Shown here piece after piece: positions 8,232 through 18,344 of a DNA stretch of 64,000 nucleotides (its first letter is position 1; the number at the start of each line of letters is the position of its first letter). A program made the position numbers and the translations under genes. Under the pieces are notes generated by a model. It ran no database searches, was not told the origin of the DNA, and was given only the letters and a program-made list of their open reading frames with translations. The stretch lies in the IMG/VR virus record IMGVR_UViG_3300007513_000003. One strand, given 5' to 3'. The stretch comes from a virus (lineage: Duplodnaviria; Caudoviricetes).

Positions 8232-8765
8232 TTAATTTTTAGATGATAGTCTTGATTTATATGTGGTTGGGTTACTTGAGAATGTTTTAACACGGTCAGC
8301 ATTTTTGCTCCAAAACATATCATAGTCGCAAAAAATCCAACCTTTGTAATTAATGTGCCTGTCAAATTTAAATGGTGGGTATTTGTTTTCAATTGCTACG
8401 TATTTGCCTTTTCTATTGATTTTTATTATTAGTATGTTAAAGTCGTTTTCGTCTGCAGGTTCTAATAATTGCTCTATCCATTGATCTAACTTATTCACAT
8501 CCTGTGAAAATAAATGATGGAATGGAAAGTCGCCGTATGCCTTACACTCAATATTAAGTAAAGGGAAACTTGGACCTGGTACTATATCTCCCTTGAAAGA
8601 TCTTATTTGTCCTTCATGAAGATATTCCTTTCTCGCTTTATTAGACCCCCCAATATAGGAACCACTGTGCGGAACACGAATAAACGTTTCGCCGTATATT
8701 TCGGTTAAATGTTTAGCAACATCGCGCTCCCACGTGGAGCCTTTTATTTTCTGCTTGCTAGGCAT
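8232..8765 (-). CDS. Holliday junction resolvase-like PD-(D/E)xK nuclease
   Basis: N-terminal KQKIKGSTWERDVAKHL, then R-V-P-H-S-G, GDI and IECK. Confidence 0.75.
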   Translation of the reverse strand: MPSKQKIKGSTWERDVAKHLTEIYGETFIRVPHSGSYIGGSNKARKEYLHEGQIRSFKGDIVPGPSFPLLNIECKAYGDFPFHHLFSQDVNKLDQWIEQLLEPADENDFNILIIKINRKGKYVAIENKYPPFKFDRHINYKGWIFCDYDMFWSKNADRVKTFSSNPTTYKSRLSSKN

Positions 8766-8768
8766 TAA

Positions 8769-8948
8769 TTACATTGCGTTCTTTTTGTCTTGAATCTCTG
8801 CCCTGCGTGATTTGGCTAATTTGCCAATTTCGCCTAACGCTTTACGAGCGCGAGCGGCCGCCGCTTTTACGCCTTTATCTTCGAACTTTGAAGATTCGCT
8901 GACATATGTTTCGACTCGCTCTAAGATTTGCTCATGAATTGTTGACAT
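8769..8948 (-). CDS. Histone H1-like Hc1-family small basic protein (59 aa)
   Basis: Not in the ORF track. MSTIHEQILERVETYVSESSKFEDKGVKAAAARARKALGEIGKLAKSRRAEIQDKKNAM*. SD GGAG and an upstream GTAAATA. The K-G-x-K-A-A-x-x-R-A-R-K motif is typical of Hc1-like proteins. Confidence 0.75.
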   Translation of the reverse strand: MSTIHEQILERVETYVSESSKFEDKGVKAAAARARKALGEIGKLAKSRRAEIQDKKNAM

Positions 8949-8977
8949 TTTTATTACTCCTTAATATGTAAATATAT

Positions 8978-10738
8978 TTACATGATTTCTATATCGTCAC
9001 TATAATTTGTGAAACCATTTTCCTTTGTAACTGTGAGGACGCTATGTACACGCCCGACCAGTTCGTCCTTATGAGAGATAAGAAACACACTTTTGCCTCT
9101 ATCTCTACAAAACTTCTTGAGTATACTTATACTACCTTCTAAACCTAGTGCATCCATGCCACTATCTACTAATTCGTCAATAACTAGTAGGCTTATGTTA
9201 TCATATAAGTGTTCCCAGACATCCCTGAACGCCCAAGATAGACTTAAAATAAGTCTATTTCGTTCGCCTCTGCTGAGATTATCAAAGTCTAGATCACGCC
9301 CATACTCTGTAATTTCGACGCTTAAATCGTTTAAAAACATTACAGTATGAGGCAATCCAATTTTATCTAGATAGTAACTCAGTCTCTTATTTAAGAAGGC
9401 TAAGTTTTGATCTATAATTCTTTTGCGTATAAATGAATCCTTATTAACAAGCAATCTTGTTAAAAACTCTTGGTGTTCTTTAAGAGACACTAGATCATTT
9501 AATTTATCATAATTAATCTCTTGCAAAACAGAATTTTGTAAATCCTCAATTTGGGATTCGTAAGGATCATCCTCGTCTGCTTTCTCTACTAAAGTATTAC
9601 GCAAATGTTCTAAACTACTATCATGCTTATAAGCACTAGCAATATCCTCGTAGAAAGTATCAGCGATAGTATCAATATCGCCAATGTCTTCTATCTTTTT
9701 GTTTATAGTTGCTAAGTTACCTTCTTCGCTTTTGATAGATTCTTTATGTTCATTTATTTGTTCTTCCAAATCTGCAAGCATTTTTTGATGTATTTCATCA
9801 TGCAACGCCTGCCCGCAAGTATGGCATTTTTTATCTTCTGTCTTGGATATATTACTTTCAAAACGTGCTAACTCTTTGTTATATTTGGATAATAAGTTTT
9901 CAGAGGTGGATTTTTCTCTATTGTAGCCACGTAATTTAGACTCTAACTGCTCTACATTTGATTTTTTAGTGTGTAGTGCTATTTCCTCTTCGATATTAAC
10001 TGATTCAAGTTCCTTAACAGCGTTGTCTAGTTTTTCAACATCTTTGTTGCGAGATTTTACCCACGCTTTTTGTTTCATACGCAAACTTTTAATAGTATTT
10101 TCAATATTCTCGTTTGCTTGCTGTTTACCCTTAATTGCGTATTCTTCTTCAGTAATAAAATCTTTAGTCTGCTTTACGATCTCTTTAAGTCTTTCTGCTT
10201 TTTCGGATAGTAATGTAATACCAAGTAACTGCTCAATAACTTCACGCTGATCCGAAACACGCATAGCAAGAAACGGTTCAGTATATGTGTTAAGTGCCAC
10301 AACGTGCTTAAACATTGTATGCGACATACCAATTGCTTTCTCTATTGCTTCTTGCGTTTCTTTATTCTCGCCTTGTGCTAAGTTGTCGTCGTCATCATTC
10401 GTATAATATTTTAACACGCCTGGCTTTCTACCACGCTCAATACGATGACGCATACCATCTTTTTCAAACTCAATAGTGACTAACATACCTTTGGCATTTG
10501 TTTTGTTTATCAAATTATCTTTGCGAATATTAGTTAGTGCTTGCCCATACAGCACATAACTCAAAGCATTTACAATAGTAGTTTTACCCGTGCCATTACG
10601 AGCACCTGCGTCATCACCACCCAAGTCTAAGTTTTCACCCAAAACAAGTGTGAGGTCTTGTCTGTCCAAAGCAACCGCTTGAGTTTGGTTACCCACACTC
10701 ATAAAATTCTTTACTGTTAGGGAAGTCAGTTTTAACAC
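8978..10738 (-). CDS. gp46: Recombination endonuclease ATPase subunit (gp46/SbcC/Rad50)
   Basis: Walker A NGTGKTT, coiled coil with a CHTC zinc hook, signature LSRGE, Walker B LLVIDE, H-loop ISH. Confidence 0.95.
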   Translation of the reverse strand: MLKLTSLTVKNFMSVGNQTQAVALDRQDLTLVLGENLDLGGDDAGARNGTGKTTIVNALSYVLYGQALTNIRKDNLINKTNAKGMLVTIEFEKDGMRHRIERGRKPGVLKYYTNDDDDNLAQGENKETQEAIEKAIGMSHTMFKHVVALNTYTEPFLAMRVSDQREVIEQLLGITLLSEKAERLKEIVKQTKDFITEEEYAIKGKQQANENIENTIKSLRMKQKAWVKSRNKDVEKLDNAVKELESVNIEEEIALHTKKSNVEQLESKLRGYNREKSTSENLLSKYNKELARFESNISKTEDKKCHTCGQALHDEIHQKMLADLEEQINEHKESIKSEEGNLATINKKIEDIGDIDTIADTFYEDIASAYKHDSSLEHLRNTLVEKADEDDPYESQIEDLQNSVLQEINYDKLNDLVSLKEHQEFLTRLLVNKDSFIRKRIIDQNLAFLNKRLSYYLDKIGLPHTVMFLNDLSVEITEYGRDLDFDNLSRGERNRLILSLSWAFRDVWEHLYDNISLLVIDELVDSGMDALGLEGSISILKKFCRDRGKSVFLISHKDELVGRVHSVLTVTKENGFTNYSDDIEIM

Positions 10739-10739
10739 A

Positions 10740-11765
10740 CTAAATGTTCCTATAAATTTCTAACAACGTTTGTGGATTATAATATTCGCTTTCAATGTTT
10801 GATAATTGATCAATAACAATAGAGTCAATACTATCAAAGTTAAGTTCAATATCCTCGTCAATAATATCAAGGTCCTGCTTCTCTTTGTTTGGCAATAAAC
10901 TTAACTCACGAACATTGTGATCTCTAGTAAATGTTTCTTTAATAAAGTTTGCCTCTTCATAACTAATATCAATGTCCATTGTTACTCTTGCGTATGTTTT
11001 ATTGTCTAAATACTGTGTGGGATTTTCCAACAGTTGCGATAGTTTTAATGTTTTATATGAAGGAGCATTGGGCCAACTTACAAACTCTGGTTCACCATTC
11101 CATTCTAACATCATCATACCACGCTCATCGTCCCAAGCATCAGCATAGTTGTGTGGAAAGCAGTTACCAATGTAAATTACGTTCTTTTGTTGTTGCCTCT
11201 TATGGAAGTGTCCACTAAACACATACTCTGCTTGCGACATGTCGTCAGCATAAAGTTCGCCATGGTCTGGCATTTGTACCATAGCGTTCATATAAAAGTG
11301 TGGCAGTTCAAAGTGTCCAAAGATATATTTTGCTTTAAGTTTTTTAATTTTCTTAAAGTCATCGCCCACTAACCACGGAACAATAGCAACATTGCCCTCG
11401 TTAATTGTTTGATTTACGATGGAAATTCCAGGAAATCTACTAGCAAATTCAACACTGTTTAGATCACGACGATCTCTGTAGTACAGATCATGATTGCCTG
11501 TAATAAAATAAAACTTCTCAAAAGACTTGCCTAACTTTTCCAAACTACGTAGGCTATAGTTTAACGTATGGACGTTAATACTTGCTCGTTGATGATGCCA
11601 ATCGCCTAAGAATAGGCAAGTCTCGCAGTCGTTCTTATGCGCCGTGTCTATAAACCAGTCAACAAAATCCTCACAATCTTGATTGTGTATAGTTGAATTG
11701 CTTTTATTTCCGAAGTGTATATCTGTACAAACTGCTACTTTTTTAAATAGATTTTCGTTACTCAT
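10740..11765 (-). CDS. gp47: Recombination endonuclease nuclease subunit (gp47/SbcD/Mre11)
   Basis: Metallophosphoesterase motifs DIH, GDWHH, GNHD, GHFE and GHFH; adjacent to gp46. Confidence 0.95.
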   Translation of the reverse strand: MSNENLFKKVAVCTDIHFGNKSNSTIHNQDCEDFVDWFIDTAHKNDCETCLFLGDWHHQRASINVHTLNYSLRSLEKLGKSFEKFYFITGNHDLYYRDRRDLNSVEFASRFPGISIVNQTINEGNVAIVPWLVGDDFKKIKKLKAKYIFGHFELPHFYMNAMVQMPDHGELYADDMSQAEYVFSGHFHKRQQQKNVIYIGNCFPHNYADAWDDERGMMMLEWNGEPEFVSWPNAPSYKTLKLSQLLENPTQYLDNKTYARVTMDIDISYEEANFIKETFTRDHNVRELSLLPNKEKQDLDIIDEDIELNFDSIDSIVIDQLSNIESEYYNPQTLLEIYRNI

Positions 11766-11776
11766 ACATTCTTATT

Positions 11777-11805
11777 AGTATACTAAACTTAAAGTAATTT
11801 GTCAA
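11777..11805 (-). promoter_or_regulatory. sigma70-type promoter for gp47-gp46
   Basis: TTGACA (11805-11800), 17-nt spacer, TATACT (11782-11777). Confidence 0.8.
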
Positions 11806-12602
11806 GATCTTGCGTTCTGTCTTGTATAACTTGGATTCATATCATTCATCTCTAAAATATCATCACGTATGTTTTGATTACGCTTTTCCATATTGAGAAT
11901 TTTAGTAAATGAATTTGTTATAACCGCAGTATAATATGCAAATGGATTTTGACTTTTGCACTCGTCAAACTGTAATCCAACTTGAATTAGTTGTAAAACA
12001 GCCGCGCCACGCATTTCATCATTATATGTGTATCCTCGCCAGTTAGATCTTGTGCCATAGCGATCACAAAGTTTTATAAACATGCGGCCAAGATTATCAG
12101 TCATTTGCCCATGGTCCTTACTAAACTTACCATTCTCTAGATCACCAATCCAGTGACTTTTGCCCACACAGACAAGTTCGCCTGTTTCATCATAACGAAA
12201 GTGTTGATATGGAGGGAATGTAAGTTTTTCATAATGGTCTGCTACCGTTTTGGGTGTTTTAACTCTACCATGTTGTAAAGGAATATGATCAAAGGTCATG
12301 ACTCTAAATACGAGATCTTCCTTAGCAATCTTTTTCCAGTTGACAGTAAAGTCGATTAATCGAGGTTTTTTACGAGTAGTGTTTTCTTCTACTGCTTTTG
12401 CATGGTTTTCTTTTGCAATTTTAGATGCTTTATTACGTTTTGCTTGTGCGGCTGATCGTATGTTTATTTTTTTAATATCTAGTACGATAATATCGTAATC
12501 TGCATCTTCAGGTGTTACGTAACTACTATAACTATTTTTTGATTTGTGTATTTCTTCTAAAATATCTTTGTTTCTTAGGTATACGTTTCTAGTATTTGTC
12601 AT
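11802..12602 (-). CDS. gp55: Late-transcription sigma factor, T4 gp55 family
   Basis: NWRGYTYNDEM and FDECKSQNPFAYYTAVITNSFTKILNMEKR match the gp55 core. The T4 order gp55-gp47-gp46 is retained. Confidence 0.85.
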   Translation of the reverse strand: MTNTRNVYLRNKDILEEIHKSKNSYSSYVTPEDADYDIIVLDIKKINIRSAAQAKRNKASKIAKENHAKAVEENTTRKKPRLIDFTVNWKKIAKEDLVFRVMTFDHIPLQHGRVKTPKTVADHYEKLTFPPYQHFRYDETGELVCVGKSHWIGDLENGKFSKDHGQMTDNLGRMFIKLCDRYGTRSNWRGYTYNDEMRGAAVLQLIQVGLQFDECKSQNPFAYYTAVITNSFTKILNMEKRNQNIRDDILEMNDMNPSYTRQNARS

Positions 12603-12622
12603 AAATGCTCCATAATATATTT

Positions 12623-12651
12623 ATTATAATACACGCATATTAAAAAGTCAA
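12623..12651 (-). promoter_or_regulatory. sigma70-type promoter for gp55
   Basis: TTGACT (12651-12646), 17-nt spacer, TATAAT (12628-12623). Confidence 0.8.
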
Positions 12652-12683
12652 ATAAATAGAAAGATATAATAGGAAATATTTTT

Positions 12684-13355
12684 ATGGCAACAATTCCATT
12701 TGGTGGCGTGTTATTTGGTAGTTCAACTCTTCCTAAGGTAGGTTTCGACAGTTCCCCTAAAGAAGATTGGAGAACAAAAATAACTATTGGTATTGAGTTA
12801 TTAGGCGGACCAGTTTTGGGTCCCCTACAATCGTCTAAAGGAATAATATTTCCATATACACCTACGGTATTTGTTCAGCATAATGCTTCGTACGGTGCGG
12901 CCGGACTAACACATTCTAATTATGATCATCCTACGTTTGATAGCCACCAAGTTGGATCTATCCAAATTACAGGACAATTTACAGCTAATAGTTCAGCAGA
13001 AGCTGACTATCTTAGAGCTGTGTTACATTTTTTAAGAACCGTTACTAAAATGTTTTTTGGCCAAGATAAAGATCCAATTGCGGGCACACCACCGCCAGTT
13101 GTGAAATTAAATGGATTTGGGGATTATGCATTTTCAAACGTTCCTGTGGTAATAGAGACATTTACAATGGAACTACCTGGTACAATTGATTATATTAGAA
13201 CAACAGATGGTAAAACAATGATGCCTGCTAGTACTACTGTAACAATTACAGCCAAACCCACATATACAAGAAAAGCTACTTCTCGACGTTTCGGATTGAA
13301 GAGCTTTGCCAACGGCGATCTACTTGGAAGTGATAGTGAAGGAGGATTTATATAA
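12684..13355 (+). CDS. Tail tube initiator / baseplate protein (gp48/gp54-like)
   Basis: First gene of the baseplate operon. Carries GIIFPYTP and PPPVVKLNGFG motifs and a tube-like beta-rich pattern. AATAAATA lies upstream. Confidence 0.55.
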   Translation: MATIPFGGVLFGSSTLPKVGFDSSPKEDWRTKITIGIELLGGPVLGPLQSSKGIIFPYTPTVFVQHNASYGAAGLTHSNYDHPTFDSHQVGSIQITGQFTANSSAEADYLRAVLHFLRTVTKMFFGQDKDPIAGTPPPVVKLNGFGDYAFSNVPVVIETFTMELPGTIDYIRTTDGKTMMPASTTVTITAKPTYTRKATSRRFGLKSFANGDLLGSDSEGGFI

Positions 13356-13660
13356 TGCCAAAAGTTAATTATTTGTCAGAAAGTCCTTACTATCTAACAA
13401 CATCATTTAATAATAAATTAGGAATAATGAGAAAGCGATCTTTTCCTTTTGAAGATGATGATTTAGAATATAGAATTGAAGAGAAGTATGCTAATAGACC
13501 CGATTTGTTGGCGCATGAAATTTATAATAATGCCAACTTATGGTGGGTATTTGCAGTAAGAAATCCAGATACACTAATTGACCCAGTTTTTGATTTTATT
13601 GCAGGGGTAACTATTATTGTTCCAAAAATAACCACGTTGCGAAGATCATTGGAGTTATAA
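13355..13660 (+). CDS. gp53: LysM-like baseplate wedge protein (gp53-like)
   Basis: YRIEEKYANRPDLLAHEIYNNANLWWVFAVRN is a typical gp53/LysM pattern. Confidence 0.75.
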   Translation: MPKVNYLSESPYYLTTSFNNKLGIMRKRSFPFEDDDLEYRIEEKYANRPDLLAHEIYNNANLWWVFAVRNPDTLIDPVFDFIAGVTIIVPKITTLRRSLEL

Positions 13661-13664
13661 TACC

Positions 13665-16600
13665 ATGACAAATGGTGATCCTAATCTACAAGTTGTAGCA
13701 GATAAACCTGTACCAGCACCTGACAATATTTTACACCAGTTTACAAACTACACTTATAAAATAAGTTTATTAAGTTTCAAAACTGTGCAGAATTATAATG
13801 ATTTAGCAGAGAAAGGCAGTTGGGACTGGGCACATGCAAATATACCTAAAATATGCTATACATTATTTTCCTCAGGTGGTATACTTAATGATGGTTCAGA
13901 AATTCTGCCGGCAAGGCATCCTAAGTTTGAATTAGATTTTTACATTGAATCAATGACAACTTCTGGATTAATGGGTATGAACTCTAATTCTAGAGCAACT
14001 AACCTTATGGATCTAAGTATGGCTGTAGTTGAACCAACCGGAACCACACTGTTAGATAGATTTCATGAAGTGTTAACTGAAGATGGAGGGAATTGGACAG
14101 AAAAGCCGTTGTTAGTTCAGATTGATTTTTTAGGTTATGATGAGGAAGGCAAAAATGTACGTATAAAACCTGCTACACGTTGGATTCCTGTTAGAATAGC
14201 AAATTTAGATTTTAATATTACTGCAGAAGGCACAAATTATTCACTTGAATTTATTATGATGGCGGTTTTGGAAGCAGATAATAATCCGATAACACAAAGT
14301 CTTAATTTAAAAACAATAAAAGGAAAACAAATTCAAGATATTTTTAAACATCTAGAAAAAGAGTTTAATAGAGAACAAACAGATAGAACTACCGGCAGTT
14401 TTACCGCAGGAATAAAACCAAATGAAGCAGGAACTTGGGCTCCTAAAACACAGGAGTTTGCTGACAGTATAGAATTTAGAATAGGAACAGGAGGCGGCCC
14501 GGCCGCTAACAGATTAAAATCTGCAAAAATATCTCCTAATGTAGCAAAGCAGACGTTACTTAAAGTGGTTCCAAGCGGTCATGAAACAGTCGCACGTGGC
14601 GAGAGGGGAAGGCAAACGCCTCCAAAAGAAAAATTTAAGAACGATTCTGCGTTACGATATTATGGTGAAAGATCGGATTATAAAATAGAAATATCTGCCC
14701 CAGGACAATCTATGCTATCATTAGTAGAAAAAGTAATACGTGATAGTACATATATTACCGACCAACTTGCAGATAATAAACCATTAGGAAAAGTATCTGA
14801 AGCAAAAGAAGTTTTAAAGGATCCCAACAAAGGATTAGATTGGTTTAAGATTACATATGTTAAAATATTAAAAGAATTCGATAACATACGTAACAAATAT
14901 GCTAGACACACCCTTATACAAATTGATCCCTATAAGGTAGTAGATCCAGAAGTCACCGGAGGCAAGGCTAAGCCAGGACAAAATGGAGTACGCAATGTTG
15001 CAAGAAGTTATGATTATATTTACAGTGGCCAAAATTTAGATATTAGAAATTTAGATTTAACCTTTAATAATTCTTTTATATTAGCTATGGCAGGGGTTGC
15101 AACAGGCAATGCATCCGCTGATCAGGCTATAATACCAGAGGAGGAGTCGAATGTTGCACCAGATGCGGGGAATAGGCAAGACCAACAATCAAAAGTAGCA
15201 GGTGGCCAAAACATTAAACCGAAGTCTAAAAAGTTTATTCAAGATCCACACGCAACAAGTAAACAAAGAACCGGCGCAACCTTAATGGAAAACTTATATA
15301 GAACACCAGGATCGGACATGATGTCGGTAACTATGGAAATAGTAGGGGATCCGGGATATATTCAACAGGATGGTGTATTGACAATGGCAACTCCTAATAA
15401 AACTGGAGCAGGAGGCGGTACAAACGGCCATGATCCAAAGAATGGTGCAATATTATGTGACTTAGATGATGCACATTTTTATTTGTTATTCAAAACACCT
15501 AGAGATTATGATGAAGCGACCGGATTAGCAGACTTTAGTAGCAGTGCCGGCGGTAGTACGTTATCTGGTTATTATAGAGTATGGGAGGTTAACAGTGTTT
15601 TCCAAGGTGGAGAATTTACACAAACTATTGAAGCAACAAGAATTTATAATCAATGGCGTGAAAATATTGATAATCCTGAAAAGAATACAGAATTAATGTC
15701 TAATGATGAAGCAAACAATTATGATTTTGAAGATGCTAAAGCAGCTGCTAATCAGTTAATAACACCTGGTTCTGCAGAAGTTGCTAATGAAGCCGCCGTA
15801 GGCTTAGATGCATTTGGCGGCACTGGAGTAGCACCGACACCAATGGATGCAGATGAGTTTGCAGGAACTCCATTGACAGTAAAAGAAGAAATGAAGAATA
15901 GGCAATTAACTGCAGAAGCAATAGAAGTAAACAATGAATTTGCGGGAATTGAAGGCCCATTTCCAGTTACAGAAACAAGTTCTAGCAAAAACTTTGTAAA
16001 TCCCCACGCAGATTTTAATACAGCGGCGTTACAAAATAGGCCGCAAACCGCGGCAGAATTTAGAGCATCTGAAGCAAGTAGATTTGGATCTCCCAGCATA
16101 GCACAATCATCAGGAACACTTGCATCAGAATTGTCTACTACTGGTAGTGAATTAACACCAATTAGACCTAATCCCGCAGATGCCTCTGGCCCTGTCACAT
16201 TTAGTAATAGTTCACCTGCTGAACCATATAGATCATCGCCATCCTTTAGTGCTGGCGGACCGGTTGAACAATATAGATCATCGCCGTCCTTTGTGACCAC
16301 CACTGGTGGCACGGTATTACCGACTCCTCAAGGAAATCCCGTAGGAACAGTGGCATTAGATAGACATCCTAATATTAGTACATATGAAACATCGGATCAA
16401 ACTACTGTAGCAAACAATGATACAATAATGGGTGTAGAAAGACAAACAATCATTAATGCAGGCCTTGCCGCCGGAGCAGGGGTTCTTGCCGTTGCATCGT
16501 TACATCCGGCTGGTAGAATTATTAGAGCAGGTGTTGCGGCCGCAGCCGCCGTACTAAGCGGCACACAATTGGCACACGCCTGGGAACGCGGAAACTCAGC

Positions 16601-16730
16601 AAGTGAAAAAAATGAGGTTATACACAATAAATATGGAAATAATGTACCAAGTTGGAAAAAAACTGGCTACTTATTAGATATTATTTCAGAAAAAGAATCT
16701 ACGACTACCGGCGGTGGTGGCGGATTCTAA
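13665..16730 (+). CDS. Baseplate hub / tail protein with a long low-complexity C-terminal extension (1021 aa)
   Basis: Sits between gp53 and gp5. Motifs NILHQFTNYTY, MEIVGDP and SGYYRVWEVNSVFQGGEFTQ are hub-like. Confidence 0.6.
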   Translation: MTNGDPNLQVVADKPVPAPDNILHQFTNYTYKISLLSFKTVQNYNDLAEKGSWDWAHANIPKICYTLFSSGGILNDGSEILPARHPKFELDFYIESMTTSGLMGMNSNSRATNLMDLSMAVVEPTGTTLLDRFHEVLTEDGGNWTEKPLLVQIDFLGYDEEGKNVRIKPATRWIPVRIANLDFNITAEGTNYSLEFIMMAVLEADNNPITQSLNLKTIKGKQIQDIFKHLEKEFNREQTDRTTGSFTAGIKPNEAGTWAPKTQEFADSIEFRIGTGGGPAANRLKSAKISPNVAKQTLLKVVPSGHETVARGERGRQTPPKEKFKNDSALRYYGERSDYKIEISAPGQSMLSLVEKVIRDSTYITDQLADNKPLGKVSEAKEVLKDPNKGLDWFKITYVKILKEFDNIRNKYARHTLIQIDPYKVVDPEVTGGKAKPGQNGVRNVARSYDYIYSGQNLDIRNLDLTFNNSFILAMAGVATGNASADQAIIPEEESNVAPDAGNRQDQQSKVAGGQNIKPKSKKFIQDPHATSKQRTGATLMENLYRTPGSDMMSVTMEIVGDPGYIQQDGVLTMATPNKTGAGGGTNGHDPKNGAILCDLDDAHFYLLFKTPRDYDEATGLADFSSSAGGSTLSGYYRVWEVNSVFQGGEFTQTIEATRIYNQWRENIDNPEKNTELMSNDEANNYDFEDAKAAANQLITPGSAEVANEAAVGLDAFGGTGVAPTPMDADEFAGTPLTVKEEMKNRQLTAEAIEVNNEFAGIEGPFPVTETSSSKNFVNPHADFNTAALQNRPQTAAEFRASEASRFGSPSIAQSSGTLASELSTTGSELTPIRPNPADASGPVTFSNSSPAEPYRSSPSFSAGGPVEQYRSSPSFVTTTGGTVLPTPQGNPVGTVALDRHPNISTYETSDQTTVANNDTIMGVERQTIINAGLAAGAGVLAVASLHPAGRIIRAGVAAAAAVLSGTQLAHAWERGNSASEKNEVIHNKYGNNVPSWKKTGYLLDIISEKESTTTGGGGGF
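16221..16292 (+). repeat. 27-nt direct repeat with 45-nt period, encoding E-x-YRSSPSF twice
   Basis: gaaccatatagatcatcgccatccttt at 16221 and gaacaatatagatcatcgccgtccttt at 16266; 25 of 27 nt identical. Confidence 0.85.
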
Positions 16731-16745
16731 TAACAGGAAAACACA

Positions 16746-18296
16746 ATGCCTGGTCAATCAGATTATAATAATAAACCAAAAAAGCCAACACCCGGCCTTC
16801 CAACGAGTTCTCGTGATTATTCTGCAAAAGTAGATCCAGGTCCTTATATAGGAATAGTAAAAGGCTATGGCGACGACAGTGGTATGAATCGTATTGGTGT
16901 TTATATTCCAGCATTGGCCGAACAACGGACGTCAAATCCCCACTCTAAATACGATAAAACAGAACAAGAAAGTAATGTAATATTATGTTCATTAGCCTTG
17001 CCGTTTTACGGAAGAACAAATAATTTAGATGTAGGATCTGCAGGCCAATATGAAACAACCACTAAATCTTATGGTATGTGGTTGCCTACTCCTGATATTG
17101 ATACACAAGTTATGGTGGTCTTTGCAGAAGGAATACTTGAAAATGGATATATTATTTCTTATATACCTGATGCATTGATGTTACATATGGTGCCAGGTAT
17201 AGCAGCCTCCCCGGCATTTGCAAAGTCTAAGTCTACAACGAACGCAGGCATCACATCACCAAATTTTGAAGTACCTGTTGCAGAGTATAATAAGTTACAA
17301 GTAAAAAGTTTTGATAAATCCACTGCTTGGAAGAATGTTGAAAAGCCGGTGCATCCTCTTTTTGATACATTGCTTGCACAAGGATTGGAGGCAGATTATG
17401 TCAGAGGCATTAGTACGTCAAGTGCCCAGCGTGAAAGTCCTTCTAACGTATTTGGTATTTCAACACCTGGACCATTGGACTATGATTATGGATCCATTAA
17501 ACAAGGTTTAATTACTGAAAATAGTACAGGATATGATTGGCCTTATAATAGAAAGTCTGGACATACATTTGTTATGGACGACGGTGATCAACAAGGCCTT
17601 AGCCAACTTATTAGACTACGCACAGGAACAGGACACCAAGTTTTACTAAGTGATGACGGTGGAACAATTTACTTAGGAACTGCAAGTGGCAGTGCTTGGG
17701 CAGAATTAAGAAATGATGGCTCAGTAGATGTGTTTAGTGCTAGAGATATTAGCGTTCACGCAGAAGGAAATGTTAATATGTTAGCAGATGTTGATGTTAA
17801 TATACAAGCAGGTGAAGATGTTAATATTTTAGCAGGCCATAATTTTAAAATTGAAACAAATCCGGCCGGGGTTGAAGGCAAGGGCCACGCACATATATAT
17901 GTCAATGGTAACATGAAAACATATGCGGCCGGCACATTTAACATGTCGTCGACAGGTTGGTTTAACATTACATGCAAAGAAGCAATCAGTGTTACAAGTA
18001 CAGCATGTATCTATGTTAAAAGTGGCGGCGGTGCTAAGTACCCTATAAAACTCAACACAGAAGCAGGCAACGTTGCTGAAGAACCAACCAAGGTACCTGT
18101 ATATGAAAATAACTGGGTAAACAAGGGAGAATCCAACACACACGGCGGTAAACGCTATGCTGTTGATGGTAGTTACTCTTATTATACCGCAATGCAACGT
18201 GTTCCGATGCACGAGCCAGATCCAAGAATTAACCAATCAAAGAAAAAGGAACCTAAAGCAGGAACCACCTCACATATTGCTGATAGTAGTAATTAA
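16746..18296 (+). CDS. gp5: gp5-like baseplate central spike (OB-fold plus beta-helix)
   Basis: N-terminal GPYIGIVKG...GVYIP and YGMWLPTPDIDTQVMVVF; RKSGHTFVMDD; RLRTGTGHQ; repeated VNI-x-A beta-helix strands. Confidence 0.8.
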   Translation: MPGQSDYNNKPKKPTPGLPTSSRDYSAKVDPGPYIGIVKGYGDDSGMNRIGVYIPALAEQRTSNPHSKYDKTEQESNVILCSLALPFYGRTNNLDVGSAGQYETTTKSYGMWLPTPDIDTQVMVVFAEGILENGYIISYIPDALMLHMVPGIAASPAFAKSKSTTNAGITSPNFEVPVAEYNKLQVKSFDKSTAWKNVEKPVHPLFDTLLAQGLEADYVRGISTSSAQRESPSNVFGISTPGPLDYDYGSIKQGLITENSTGYDWPYNRKSGHTFVMDDGDQQGLSQLIRLRTGTGHQVLLSDDGGTIYLGTASGSAWAELRNDGSVDVFSARDISVHAEGNVNMLADVDVNIQAGEDVNILAGHNFKIETNPAGVEGKGHAHIYVNGNMKTYAAGTFNMSSTGWFNITCKEAISVTSTACIYVKSGGGAKYPIKLNTEAGNVAEEPTKVPVYENNWVNKGESNTHGGKRYAVDGSYSYYTAMQRVPMHEPDPRINQSKKKEPKAGTTSHIADSSN

Positions 18297-18344
18297 TCTA
18301 CCTAGGTTAATAGTAGCATATTATTAAAAACACTAAATATTAGC

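Noticed and set aside
7928-8392. Track ORFs 7928-8194 (+) and 8153-8392 (-) as genes
   Set aside because: They have no SD or recognisable motif. One lies in the hairpin-rich region and the other overlaps the resolvase in a different frame.
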